A stretch of 64,000 nucleotides of DNA, taken from the NCBI GenBank assembly GCA_963667725.2, contig CAXXHO010000005.1:896001-960000 (forward strand). Direction: 5' to 3'. Both the position numbers and the translations under genes were made by a program. The notes under the pieces are model-generated. The model saw only the letters and a list, made by a program, of their open reading frames with translations, made no database searches and was not told where the DNA came from. Every line of letters starts with the position of its first letter. Position 1 is the first letter of the stretch. This document shows, in pieces, positions 1 to 8,969 of this stretch. The stretch comes from Treponemataceae bacterium (lineage in GTDB: Bacteria; Spirochaetota; Spirochaetia; Treponematales; Rectinemataceae).

Positions 1-75
1 GTGAGCAAGAGCGTGAAGGGATTCAAGCAAGTCGGAAACGGAAGCCTCTATTTCCTCACCTACGCCCAGAAATGA
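1..75 (+). CDS. 3' end of upstream gene, probably peptide ABC substrate-binding protein (partial)
   Basis: Open frame VSKSVKGFKQVGNGSLYFLTYAQK* ends just before the permease genes; 'VKGF' near the C-terminus is typical of family-5 SBPs. Confidence 0.6.
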   Translation: MSKSVKGFKQVGNGSLYFLTYAQK

Positions 76-81
76 GCGTTA

Positions 82-149
82 AAATCGCATAACGCGACGC
101 GTTGTGCGATTTGTATACCGGGAACCCCGCGGTTTTCCGCGGGGTTCCC
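82..149 (+). promoter_or_regulatory. Two consecutive stem-loops between SBP and permease genes
   Basis: AAATCGCATAACGCG/CGCGTTGTGCGATTT and GGGAACCCCGCGG-TTTT-CCGCGGGGTTCCC (120-149). Confidence 0.6.
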
Positions 150-185
150 AATTCTCTCATCAACATTCTTGCATTGGGGCTCATA

Positions 186-1148
186 ATGGGAAGATATATC
201 GTCAGGCGGCTTTTATCCCTGATACCGGTACTCCTCGGCGTATCGATCATCGTGTTCTTTCTTGTCCGTCTCATACCGGGATCGTCGCTGCAGATGTATC
301 TCGGAACTCAGGTGGAAACGACGCCCGAGCAGATGGTGGAACTCAAACGAATTTTCGGCGAGGACAAACCCGTGCCCGTGCTCTACATCGAATGGCTGGG
401 CAGAGTCCTCAGGGGCGACTTCGGCTATTCCCTGCGCACGAGCAGGCCCATCCTGCCCGATATCCTGCAGCGGCTTCCCTTGAGCATAGAGATAACCATT
501 TTCGCCCTGATCCTCGCCCTCGCGATCGGCATACCGCTCGGCATACTGTCCGCGATTAAGCAGCATCCTCTCACCGATGTGCTCATCCGCGTCGGCGGCC
601 TCCTGGGATTGTCCCTGCCGCAGTTCTGGCTCGCCTCCCTCATGGTGATAGCCTTTTCGAACTTCCGCGGATGGATTCCCATGGGCAACTACGTGAGTTT
701 TTTCAGCGCGCCGCTCCAGAACATCAGAATGCTCTTCTTTCCGTCGCTGGCCATCGGGATAGGCCTCGCCGCCGTCATCATGCGCTACACCCGCAATTCC
801 ATGCTCGAAGTGCTGCAGATGGATTACATACGCACGGCCAAGGCGAAAGGGCTCAAGAAGAAGGTCGTCATCGTGAGGCACGCGTTGAGGAACGCCATTC
901 TGCCCGTCATCACCGTGGCGGGGTTCAACACCGGCTATCTCCTCGGCGGCGCCATCGTCATCGAGGAAGTGTTCGCCCTTCCCGGCATGGGAAGGCTCGC
1001 GTTGTACGCCATATACCAGCGCGACTATCCGCTAATCCAGGGAATTATACTCCTCATCGCCGCCATGTTCGTTCTCGTGAACCTGGTGACCGATCTCATC
1101 TATGCGGCGGTGGATCCGCGCATCCGGCTCGACGACGGAGCGAGGTAG
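186..1148 (+). CDS. Oligo/dipeptide ABC permease (DppB/OppB-like)
   Basis: MGRYIVRRLL start, GDFGYS, EAA-like TAKAKGL, FALPGMG, DPRI end. Confidence 0.93.
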   Translation: MGRYIVRRLLSLIPVLLGVSIIVFFLVRLIPGSSLQMYLGTQVETTPEQMVELKRIFGEDKPVPVLYIEWLGRVLRGDFGYSLRTSRPILPDILQRLPLSIEITIFALILALAIGIPLGILSAIKQHPLTDVLIRVGGLLGLSLPQFWLASLMVIAFSNFRGWIPMGNYVSFFSAPLQNIRMLFFPSLAIGIGLAAVIMRYTRNSMLEVLQMDYIRTAKAKGLKKKVVIVRHALRNAILPVITVAGFNTGYLLGGAIVIEEVFALPGMGRLALYAIYQRDYPLIQGIILLIAAMFVLVNLVTDLIYAAVDPRIRLDDGAR

Positions 1149-1151
1149 GAT

Positions 1152-1988
1152 ATGGCTGGAACAAGACTCGGGAAAAACGCGATCGCCCTCACCGGGCTCG
1201 CGATTATCGCCTTCTACATCGCCGTCATCATCGTCGCGCTTTTCTGGCTGCCCTACGACCCCGTGGCCATGAGCCCGGCCCACATGCTGGAAGCGCCTTC
1301 GATCCAAACGGGACACCTCTTCGGCACCGACGAGTTCGGCCGCGACATACTGTCGCGGATCATGCAGGGCTGCTCGGTTTCGCTGATCATATCCATCAGC
1401 GCCACGCTGATGGGCGCCGTGATTGGCACCCTCATGGGCATCTGGGCAGGATTCCTCGGCGGGAAATGGGACCAGTTCATCATGCGCATAGCCGACATCC
1501 TTTTCTCCTTCCCTTCGCTGCTTCTCGCGATATTCATAATGGGAATCCTCGGAGAGAAAACGTACAACGTCATCATAGCTATCGGCATCGTCTACATACC
1601 GCAGTTCGCGAGGGTGAGCAGGGGCGCGATAATTACGCTGAAGAGCAGCGAATTCGTGCGCGCCGCCTTCTCCAACGGCGCCGGAAGAAGTTATGTGCTT
1701 TTCAAGCACCTTCTTCCCAACATAATGATGCCGCTCATTGTCCAGGTTTCGCTGTCGCTCAGCGTGGCCATCCTCCTCGAATCGGCCCTGAGCTTCCTGG
1801 GCCTCGGCATTCAGCCGCCCTATCCGTCCTGGGGCAACATGCTTTCGAGCGCGCGGAAATTCATGATGCTCGCGCCCTGGACGGCGATCTATCCCGGCAT
1901 CGCGATCAGCTTTCTGGTGCTCGGCTTCAATCTTTTAGGCGACGGGCTGCGCGACATCCTCGATCCGCGCCTGCGGAACGTGAAGTGA
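1152..1988 (+). CDS. Oligo/dipeptide ABC permease (DppC/OppC-like)
   Basis: HLFGTDEFGRD, LSFLGLG, GDGLRDILDPR. Confidence 0.93.
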   Translation: MAGTRLGKNAIALTGLAIIAFYIAVIIVALFWLPYDPVAMSPAHMLEAPSIQTGHLFGTDEFGRDILSRIMQGCSVSLIISISATLMGAVIGTLMGIWAGFLGGKWDQFIMRIADILFSFPSLLLAIFIMGILGEKTYNVIIAIGIVYIPQFARVSRGAIITLKSSEFVRAAFSNGAGRSYVLFKHLLPNIMMPLIVQVSLSLSVAILLESALSFLGLGIQPPYPSWGNMLSSARKFMMLAPWTAIYPGIAISFLVLGFNLLGDGLRDILDPRLRNVK

Positions 1989-1998
1989 GGGGCGGGAA

Positions 1999-3027
1999 AT
2001 GAAACAACGCGGCGACGTGATTCTAAGCGTAAAGAATCTGAAAACATATTTCGACACTGAATACGGCATCGTGAAAGCAGTCGACGATATCTCCTTCGAT
2101 GTCCGCCGGGGCGAGGTGCTCGGCATCGTGGGCGAGTCCGGCTCGGGCAAGTCGGTGACGAACCTTTCGCTGCTGCGGCTCGTCCCGACGCCTCCCGGAC
2201 GCATCGCCGGCGGCCAGATATTCTTCGAAGGCAAGAATCTCCTCGAAGGGGACGAGGAAGACATAAGGCTGATCCGCGGCGGCAACATATCGATGATATT
2301 CCAGGACCCGATGACTTCCCTCAACCCTCTGTTGCGCATATCGCTGCAGATAGCCGAAGCCCTGCAGCTCCATCATGGTCTTTCGAAGAAAGAGGCCGTC
2401 GCCAAGGCCGTCGAGCTGCTCAAGGCGATAGGCATTCCGGACGCCGAAAGCCGCGCCCACGACTATCCGCACCAATTCTCGGGCGGCATGCGTCAGCGCG
2501 TTATGATAGCGATGGCCATCAGCTGCAGCCCCGACATTCTCATCGCCGACGAGCCGACGACAGCCCTCGACGTCACGATCCAGGCGCAGATACTCGATCT
2601 CATAAAAGGGCTTTCCGACAAGAACACCATGTCAGTGATCCTGATAACCCACGACCTGGGCGTCGTGGCTGGCATCTGCGATTCGGTCTGCGTGATGTAC
2701 GCGGGGCGCATCGTGGAGAAGGCCGGCGTCGACGAACTGTTCAGCGATCCGAAACATCCTTATACGATCGGCCTTCTCGATTCTATACCGCGCATCGACG
2801 CGGCGGGGCGGCAGAGGCTGTATTCCATTCCAGGCGCGCCGCCCAATCTTGTGAACCTTCCGGCGGGCTGTCCCTTCTATCCCCGCTGCGAAAAGGGGAT
2901 GGATGTCTGCACTAAGGCCTTCCCGCCGGAAACGAGTTTCGGCGCGACAGGGTCAGGCGCGGCGGGCGGCGCGACGCGGTCGGTGCGCTGCTGGCTTCAT
3001 GCCGAAGGATCCCACGATGCCCGATAA
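1999..3027 (+). CDS. Peptide ABC ATPase (DppD/OppD-like)
   Basis: [25 protein letters not shown]-terminal HPYT/Cys domain. Confidence 0.94.
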   Translation: MKQRGDVILSVKNLKTYFDTEYGIVKAVDDISFDVRRGEVLGIVGESGSGKSVTNLSLLRLVPTPPGRIAGGQIFFEGKNLLEGDEEDIRLIRGGNISMIFQDPMTSLNPLLRISLQIAEALQLHHGLSKKEAVAKAVELLKAIGIPDAESRAHDYPHQFSGGMRQRVMIAMAISCSPDILIADEPTTALDVTIQAQILDLIKGLSDKNTMSVILITHDLGVVAGICDSVCVMYAGRIVEKAGVDELFSDPKHPYTIGLLDSIPRIDAAGRQRLYSIPGAPPNLVNLPAGCPFYPRCEKGMDVCTKAFPPETSFGATGSGAAGGATRSVRCWLHAEGSHDAR

Positions 3028-4015
3028 AGCGACCCTGCTCGAAGTGAAGAATCTTAAGGTTTATTTCCCCATCGAAAAGGGAATCCTGATGCGCCGTCGG
3101 GTCGGCTGGCTCAAAGCGGTGGACGATATCAGCTTTTCCCTGAAAAAGGGCGAATCGCTCGGCCTCGTGGGCGAGTCGGGCTGCGGCAAGTCGACGACGG
3201 CGATGGCCATCGCCCAACTTCAGAGCGCGACGAGCGGGGAAATCCTCTTCGAAGGAAAAAATCTCCGCGCACTGTCGCCCAAGGAGCTGTACGAGGCGCG
3301 AAGGAATTTCCAGATCGTCTTCCAGGATCCCTATTCATCGCTAGATCCGAGGATGAAGGCCGCCGATATCATCGCCGAGCCCCTGCGCATCTACGCGAAG
3401 CGGGGAGCGCTCAACCTTACCGAAGAGCAGATCAAGGCCAAGACCGCCTCCTTGATGGAAAAGGTGGGTCTTCTGCCTTCGTTCGGAAGCCGCTATCCCC
3501 ACGAATTCTCGGGCGGCCAGCGGCAGCGCATCGGCATCGCGCGCGCCCTCGCCCTCGAGCCCAAGCTCATCATCGCCGACGAGCCGGTGAGCGCCCTCGA
3601 TGTGTCCATCCAGTCGCAGATTCTCAATCTCCTCAAGGATCTGCAGGACGAGTTCGATCTCACCTTTCTCTTCATCGCGCACAATCTCGCCGTCGTGGAG
3701 TATTTCTGCTCCAGGATCGTGGTGATGTATCTGGGAACTATAGCCGAAATAGCCGATTCTGCGGTTCTCTACGAAAAGCCCATGCATCCTTACACTCGCG
3801 CGCTGCTGTCGGCCGTGCCGATTCCCGATCCGCCCAAGGAACGCCTGCGCAAGCGCATCATATTGAAGGGCGACGTGCCGTCGCCCACGAAGGAAAGGGC
3901 CGGTTGTCCCTTCAGGGAACGCTGTTCCGAGGCCATGGAGCGCTGCGCCGCTAGCGTGCCGCCCCTCGTGGAAGCCGAGGCCGGCCATCAGGTGGCCTGC
4001 TTCCTGTATTCATGA
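3017..4015 (+). CDS. Peptide ABC ATPase (DppF/OppF-like)
   Basis: GESGCGKS, FSGGQRQR, DEPVSALD; ATG at 3017 overlaps the previous gene. Confidence 0.94.
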   Translation: MPDKATLLEVKNLKVYFPIEKGILMRRRVGWLKAVDDISFSLKKGESLGLVGESGCGKSTTAMAIAQLQSATSGEILFEGKNLRALSPKELYEARRNFQIVFQDPYSSLDPRMKAADIIAEPLRIYAKRGALNLTEEQIKAKTASLMEKVGLLPSFGSRYPHEFSGGQRQRIGIARALALEPKLIIADEPVSALDVSIQSQILNLLKDLQDEFDLTFLFIAHNLAVVEYFCSRIVVMYLGTIAEIADSAVLYEKPMHPYTRALLSAVPIPDPPKERLRKRIILKGDVPSPTKERAGCPFRERCSEAMERCAASVPPLVEAEAGHQVACFLYS

Positions 4016-4524
4016 GGAGGACCACCGTGCCACCGCTTATCGATGACGCAACGTTGGGCGATATAGATTCCTGCGCGCTCATCGCCTGCGAATCAGAAAT
4101 AGGAAAGCGCTATGGCTTCGAGCGCGCCACCCTCGCCGGAAAAATGCGCGCAGGCGTGGCGGCTGGCGCCCTCATCGTGGTGGCCCGGGAAGACGCCGGA
4201 ACGCCTGACGCCGGCGGCGCCGCGCCGTGCGGCGTTCTCGGCTTTGCCTGGATCGACCCGCGCGGGGCCTTCGGTTCCGCGCCCTATCTGAAGCTCATCG
4301 CCGTCGACGCGAACAAACGGTCAGGCGGCGTCGGTTCGGCCCTTCTCGCCGAGTTCGAAAGGCGCACGCTCGCCATCGGCAGAGTCTGGACGCTCATGGT
4401 GTCGGACTTCAACCTGGGCGCCGTTGCCTTCTACGAGAAACATGGGTACTGTAAAGCAGGGGCCATTCCCGGTTTCGCCGTCGATGGCATCGCGGAGATA
4501 TTGATGGTGAAGAAAAAGACATGA
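4012..4524 (+). CDS. GNAT family N-acetyltransferase
   Basis: RSGGVGSALL acetyl-CoA motif, N..A..FYEKHGY. Confidence 0.85.
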   Translation: MRRTTVPPLIDDATLGDIDSCALIACESEIGKRYGFERATLAGKMRAGVAAGALIVVAREDAGTPDAGGAAPCGVLGFAWIDPRGAFGSAPYLKLIAVDANKRSGGVGSALLAEFERRTLAIGRVWTLMVSDFNLGAVAFYEKHGYCKAGAIPGFAVDGIAEILMVKKKT

Positions 4525-5609
4525 GTGAAGATCAGCTGGCCGGCGCGATAAACGCCATCGCCGAACGCGCTCTTTCGCGGAAACTCGCCGCGGGACTCGT
4601 CGTGAGAATCGAGCGCGGCGCCCAGCCGATGTTTGAACATGCCTACGGACACGCGCTCGTCGCGGCGAACCGCCACGATCCCATGACGACGGGCACGAAA
4701 TTCGACCTCGCTTCCCTCACGAAACTATTCACCACGACGGCCGCCCTGCGTCTCGCGACGGGGAAAAGAATTCCCCTCGACGCGCCGTTGCGCGACATCG
4801 AATTTACCGCCAGGATGTCGTCCGGACACCCCCTGCTCGAGAGGGCTTTTTCCGCCATCACGGTCCGGAAGCTGATGACGCATTCGAGCGGCCTGCATTA
4901 CTGGTATCCGTTCTACGCCACGGGCGGCGGCGATTTCGCTTCCATAATGGAAAGCGTCCTGGGGCGCTTTCCCCTCGGCGGCGACATCGTCTATTCCGAC
5001 CTTAATTACATGCTTCTCGGCAAGATCGTGGAAAGCGCGAGCGGATTTCCGCTGAAAGCTGCGATGCGCGATATCGTCTGCGGACCGTTAAAGTTGGCCG
5101 ACACAGGATACAGGCTCGAGCGCGGTCCTTTCGCCGCGACGGAATTCGGCAATCTCATAGAAAAGAAAATGGTGGAGGATCTCGGCCTCGTCTTTTCGAG
5201 CTGGCGCCCAGACGGCATCCCCTTCGTGGGCGAGCCTGACGACGGGAACTGCCACTACTTTTTCAGCGGCGTGGCAGGCCATGCCGGCGTCTTCTCGACG
5301 GCGCGCGACCTCTGCGCGCTGGGGAATGTGTATCTGGATCCGAACGGCCACAACGGATTCCTCTCGCCGAGCCTTGTCGCTGAAGCCTGCCGGGATCACG
5401 GAGGGAATCGCGGCCTTGGATTCCAGCTGGGCGAACTCTATCCGGGCGGCGGCTTCGGCCACACCGGGTTCACCGGAACCTATCTTTATCTCAACCGAGA
5501 AACGCAAATAGCGGTCGCCATACTCGCCAACCGCCTCCATGTCGAGACGCCGCAGAACATCAACGAGTTGAGGAAAGAGCTCGTCGGCGCGGTACTCCGG
5601 GAACTCTGA
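4521..5609 (+). CDS. Serine hydrolase, beta-lactamase/AmpC-like family
   Basis: SxxK (FDLASLTK), LMTHSSG, YSD, GHTGFTG. Confidence 0.88.
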   Translation: MSEDQLAGAINAIAERALSRKLAAGLVVRIERGAQPMFEHAYGHALVAANRHDPMTTGTKFDLASLTKLFTTTAALRLATGKRIPLDAPLRDIEFTARMSSGHPLLERAFSAITVRKLMTHSSGLHYWYPFYATGGGDFASIMESVLGRFPLGGDIVYSDLNYMLLGKIVESASGFPLKAAMRDIVCGPLKLADTGYRLERGPFAATEFGNLIEKKMVEDLGLVFSSWRPDGIPFVGEPDDGNCHYFFSGVAGHAGVFSTARDLCALGNVYLDPNGHNGFLSPSLVAEACRDHGGNRGLGFQLGELYPGGGFGHTGFTGTYLYLNRETQIAVAILANRLHVETPQNINELRKELVGAVLREL

Positions 5610-5796
5610 AAGGCCGAAGCCGACCTGGACCCTGTCTTGACGCGCCCCCCCAATTCATGGATTCATGTAACGCTCAAAAAAAGTTCCGTAAAAAGGAACG
5701 GCGTTCAAACGCCGCTATAGCCTCACTGCATTGGCGGCAAGTCTCCGCCACGCGGCGGGTCCGCGCGCCGCGGTCTCCGCTGAACAAGCCGGGAGA

Positions 5797-7071
5797 ATGA
5801 ACATCGTGTACGGTATCGATTTTGGAACCTCCAATACTGTCGTCTCCATCGAATCAGGCGGAAAATCGGAAGTGGTGGATCTGGGCGGCGGCGAAAAAGT
5901 GCTGCCTTCCATCATGTTTTTCGAAAGAGACAAACCTGTCGCGATCGGGACCGAGGGAATACGCGAATATTCGGCGGCTTTGGAGCGGCACAGGCTCTCG
6001 AGGGATCTGTACCGGCATTTTCGGCTCTTCCAGGCCCTGAAGCTCGCGCTCAAGGACGAATATTTCGAAGGTTCCCATGTTTTCGGAAAGTATTGGAGCG
6101 GGGAAGCCCTGACCGGCCTCTTCCTCCGCGAAGTGAGGCGGAGAGCCGACGCGAGCCGCGGAAAGGCGAGAAGAGAGGTTGTCCTGGGCAGGCCGGTGCG
6201 CCTCGCCGAGACTCCCGAAAAAGACGCTCTCATCCAGAAGCGCTTCGAGGACGCCTGCCGCCTCGCGGGATTCGAGGAAGTGCATTTCGTCAAGGAACCG
6301 GTCGCGGCGATGGCGAGCCTCATCGGCGACGTCAAAGGATGCACGCTCGTGTTCGATTTCGGCGGCGGCACGCTGGACATCACCGTGGCGAGACTCCTGG
6401 ACGACGGCATCGAGATTCTCTCGAGCGAAGGCGCCAACCTGGGCGGCTATATCTTGGACGAAGACCTCTCGCGCGGCCGCATCATCAGGCATTTCGGCTA
6501 CGGCGGCCACATCAGGACGATGACGGGAAAGAGTCTCGAGATTCCGCGCTGGATAACGAATCAGGTGGCCTCATTCTACGCGCTTCCCCTCGGCGACGTG
6601 GTCAAGACCAAGCAGACCATCCAGGAACTGATGTATGACGCCGACAGGAAATCTGAACTCAAAGGCCTTATCCAGTTCCTGGACAGAAACCTCGCCTTCG
6701 GTCTCTTCGAAAAAATCGACGACGCGAAGATCGCGCTATCATCGCGGGACGCGGCGTCGGTCGAGTTCGACCTGCCGCCCCATATCGCCCTCCGGGAGAG
6801 GATCAGCAGAAGCGATTTCGAGCAAATCATCGAAAAGAGGGTGCTCGCCGCCGAGGCTTTGGTGCTCAAGGCGGTCGCCGAGGCGGGCATCGAGACGGAG
6901 GATGTCGGGCATGTTATAAGAGTGGGAGGTTCCTGCAGAATCCCCGCTTTCGTGAGAATGCTCGAAAAGAATTTTCCGGGCAAAGTACGCGAAGGCGAGG
7001 TCTACACCAGCATTTCGGCTGGTCTATTGAGAGCGTGGCGTCTAGGGCTCGGCTGCGATCGGCAAGGCTAG
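5797..7071 (+). CDS. Hsp70-family protein (YegD-like, ATPase domain only)
   Basis: GIDFGTSN, GRPV, EPVAA, DFGGGTLD, VGGS motifs. Confidence 0.85.
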   Translation: MNIVYGIDFGTSNTVVSIESGGKSEVVDLGGGEKVLPSIMFFERDKPVAIGTEGIREYSAALERHRLSRDLYRHFRLFQALKLALKDEYFEGSHVFGKYWSGEALTGLFLREVRRRADASRGKARREVVLGRPVRLAETPEKDALIQKRFEDACRLAGFEEVHFVKEPVAAMASLIGDVKGCTLVFDFGGGTLDITVARLLDDGIEILSSEGANLGGYILDEDLSRGRIIRHFGYGGHIRTMTGKSLEIPRWITNQVASFYALPLGDVVKTKQTIQELMYDADRKSELKGLIQFLDRNLAFGLFEKIDDAKIALSSRDAASVEFDLPPHIALRERISRSDFEQIIEKRVLAAEALVLKAVAEAGIETEDVGHVIRVGGSCRIPAFVRMLEKNFPGKVREGEVYTSISAGLLRAWRLGLGCDRQG

Positions 7072-7079
7072 AATTCGTT

Positions 7080-7580
7080 CTAGAATTTGTAGCCAAATCT
7101 CCTGAGCATCGCCTTGCGGTCCGCCTTGTCGGCATCGCATTCGACACCTAGCGGGGAAGACCCATCTATCACGCCGAGGATGCCGGCTCCCTGTTCCGTC
7201 CTCGCGCGTACAACCTGCAGCGCGTTGGCGGTGGCGCAGAAAATCCCGCAGACTTCGGGGCAGGCCTTAATGCGATCCAGGACGTTGATGGGATACGTAC
7301 CGGGGCCCAGGATGAGATAAAAGCTGTGCCCGGCGCCCACTGCCAGGGCGCAATCCACCGCGCTTTTCACCAAGGCCGGATCGGTACCCTCGGATCGCAC
7401 GAGGCAGACGCCCGACGCTTCGTTGAAGGCCAGTCCATACTTGGCGCCGGGCGCCGAATTGGCCATTATTTCGGCCATATCCTCCACGGTCTTTATGAAA
7501 TGCGACTGTCCGACGACGATATTGCAGTCGGCGGGTGTCGTAAGTTGAACGATATCGAGTTCCACGGCTTTCTCCTTCAT
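7080..7580 (-). CDS. Adenosine-specific kinase / DUF355-type protein
   Basis: GQSHFIKTVED, AFNEASG, AGH, ATAN, GVIDG..P motifs. Confidence 0.8.
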   Translation of the reverse strand: MKEKAVELDIVQLTTPADCNIVVGQSHFIKTVEDMAEIMANSAPGAKYGLAFNEASGVCLVRSEGTDPALVKSAVDCALAVGAGHSFYLILGPGTYPINVLDRIKACPEVCGIFCATANALQVVRARTEQGAGILGVIDGSSPLGVECDADKADRKAMLRRFGYKF

Positions 7581-8404
7581 TCTTCCTGGGCTTCTTTATG
7601 AACGGGCCGGCCCACGGGAGCGGCGTACATGGCGAACATGTCCTCGCCGTCCAGCCCGAGATACGCGTCGAGCTTTTTCTGGTCGTAGGCGCCCACGGCG
7701 CAGGTTCCCAAGCCCAAAGCCTCGCATGCCAGATAGAGATTCTGGCAGGAATGGCCGGCGTCCAGGGCCACGAGCTTGTCGGCCGCCTTGCCGTAGCGCC
7801 ATTCGCTCCTGTAGGGAACAGCCGCCCAGAGAATGACGCAGGATGAATTCCGCAGCTGGTCCATGAGGGCTTCGTTGAGCGATTCTGAATCGTCGCCCTC
7901 CCTTTCGAGCACGAGGGAATGTTCCAGCGGAAGATAACGATAAAGCCCGGGCTTGAGTCCATCGATGCTCCGAACGGAGACATAGAGATCCAGGGGGTGC
8001 CTGGCGCCGCCCGATGGCGTCGTCCTGAAAGAAAATTTCCCTCTGTTCTCGCGCACGCCTTCGCAGGACCATAGAAGATAGGAAAGCTCAGCGAGGGAGA
8101 GCGGCGCGATTTCGAAAACGCGTCTCGATTTGCGGCTTTTCAGCAGCCTATGAAGGATTGGCGCCGCCATTATTGGCGCCGCCATAACGGACGCCGCCTC
8201 TAGGGCTGCTAATGGCGCCGGCGTTGCCGCCATTCTCGCGTAGACTTCCTCCACGGGAGGAAGCGTCACGACGCTGTCGTCGGATTCGGGAGGAGTCTCC
8301 TGCAGGGGAGCGGGCAGTCCTTTCGACTGGTCGGAAACCGTTTCCTTGACGAGCTGCCAGTTGGATTTCAGGAAATGTCTTCCCTGAAGGTATCGGTCAT
8401 CCAT
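7577..8404 (-). CDS. SagB/ThcOx-type nitroreductase family protein
   Basis: SRKSRR, RTTPSGGARHP, GLYRY, DAGHSCQNLYL. Confidence 0.85.
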   Translation of the reverse strand: MDDRYLQGRHFLKSNWQLVKETVSDQSKGLPAPLQETPPESDDSVVTLPPVEEVYARMAATPAPLAALEAASVMAAPIMAAPILHRLLKSRKSRRVFEIAPLSLAELSYLLWSCEGVRENRGKFSFRTTPSGGARHPLDLYVSVRSIDGLKPGLYRYLPLEHSLVLEREGDDSESLNEALMDQLRNSSCVILWAAVPYRSEWRYGKAADKLVALDAGHSCQNLYLACEALGLGTCAVGAYDQKKLDAYLGLDGEDMFAMYAAPVGRPVHKEAQEE

Positions 8405-8855
8405 TATTCTTTCCTTGAAACAGAAGCGTCTCTATATAGTCCACCGCGTCGGCCACAATCCTGTTGCACACCTTGTCGCTCAGGCCGCCTGCCTTTACCG
8501 CCGCCCGGCCTTCTTCGGTCCAGAGATCGGCGCCGCCGAGAAGGGCGCGGCACTGAGTCGATCCATGCCTGGCTTCCATCTCAGCCACGAATTTCGCGAC
8601 CGCCCCGTAGGTATTCATCTTCCCGTCCTGGTCCGATCCTTCTTCGCTTCCCATGGCGAGCGAAAGGGCCAGAACGCCGCCGCTGATAGCCCCGCAGGTG
8701 AGTCCCATCCTGCCCATGCCGCCGCCCAGTCCCGTCGAGATCTTGTGAGCGAGACGCTCATCCATGCCAAAATCGGCGGCGAATACGGTGAATACCGCCT
8801 GTGAACAAGAAGAACCGCCGCCATGCAATGCCACCGCCCGTTCCGCTCTGGTCAT
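8397..8855 (-). CDS. C-GCAxxG-C-C family redox protein
   Basis: CSQAV...GGGMG...CGAISG...C...C pattern. Confidence 0.85.
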   Translation of the reverse strand: MTRAERAVALHGGGSSCSQAVFTVFAADFGMDERLAHKISTGLGGGMGRMGLTCGAISGGVLALSLAMGSEEGSDQDGKMNTYGAVAKFVAEMEARHGSTQCRALLGGADLWTEEGRAAVKAGGLSDKVCNRIVADAVDYIETLLFQGKNNG

Positions 8856-8969
8856 ATGTTTCCTCGCTGATTAATTGACTTCAGCCACTGTTATACTACC
8901 ATCTCTAAGACTCAGGCAATCGCGGCGCCGTTCCGGCCATATTGATATAATTGCGCCGTCGTCCCAGCC

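Noticed and set aside
671..2002. Long alternative-frame and antisense ORFs here and throughout (for example 15489-16802, 42527-43792, 44846-46024)
   Set aside because: Arg/Pro-rich shadow ORFs expected from high-GC codon bias over well-supported genes
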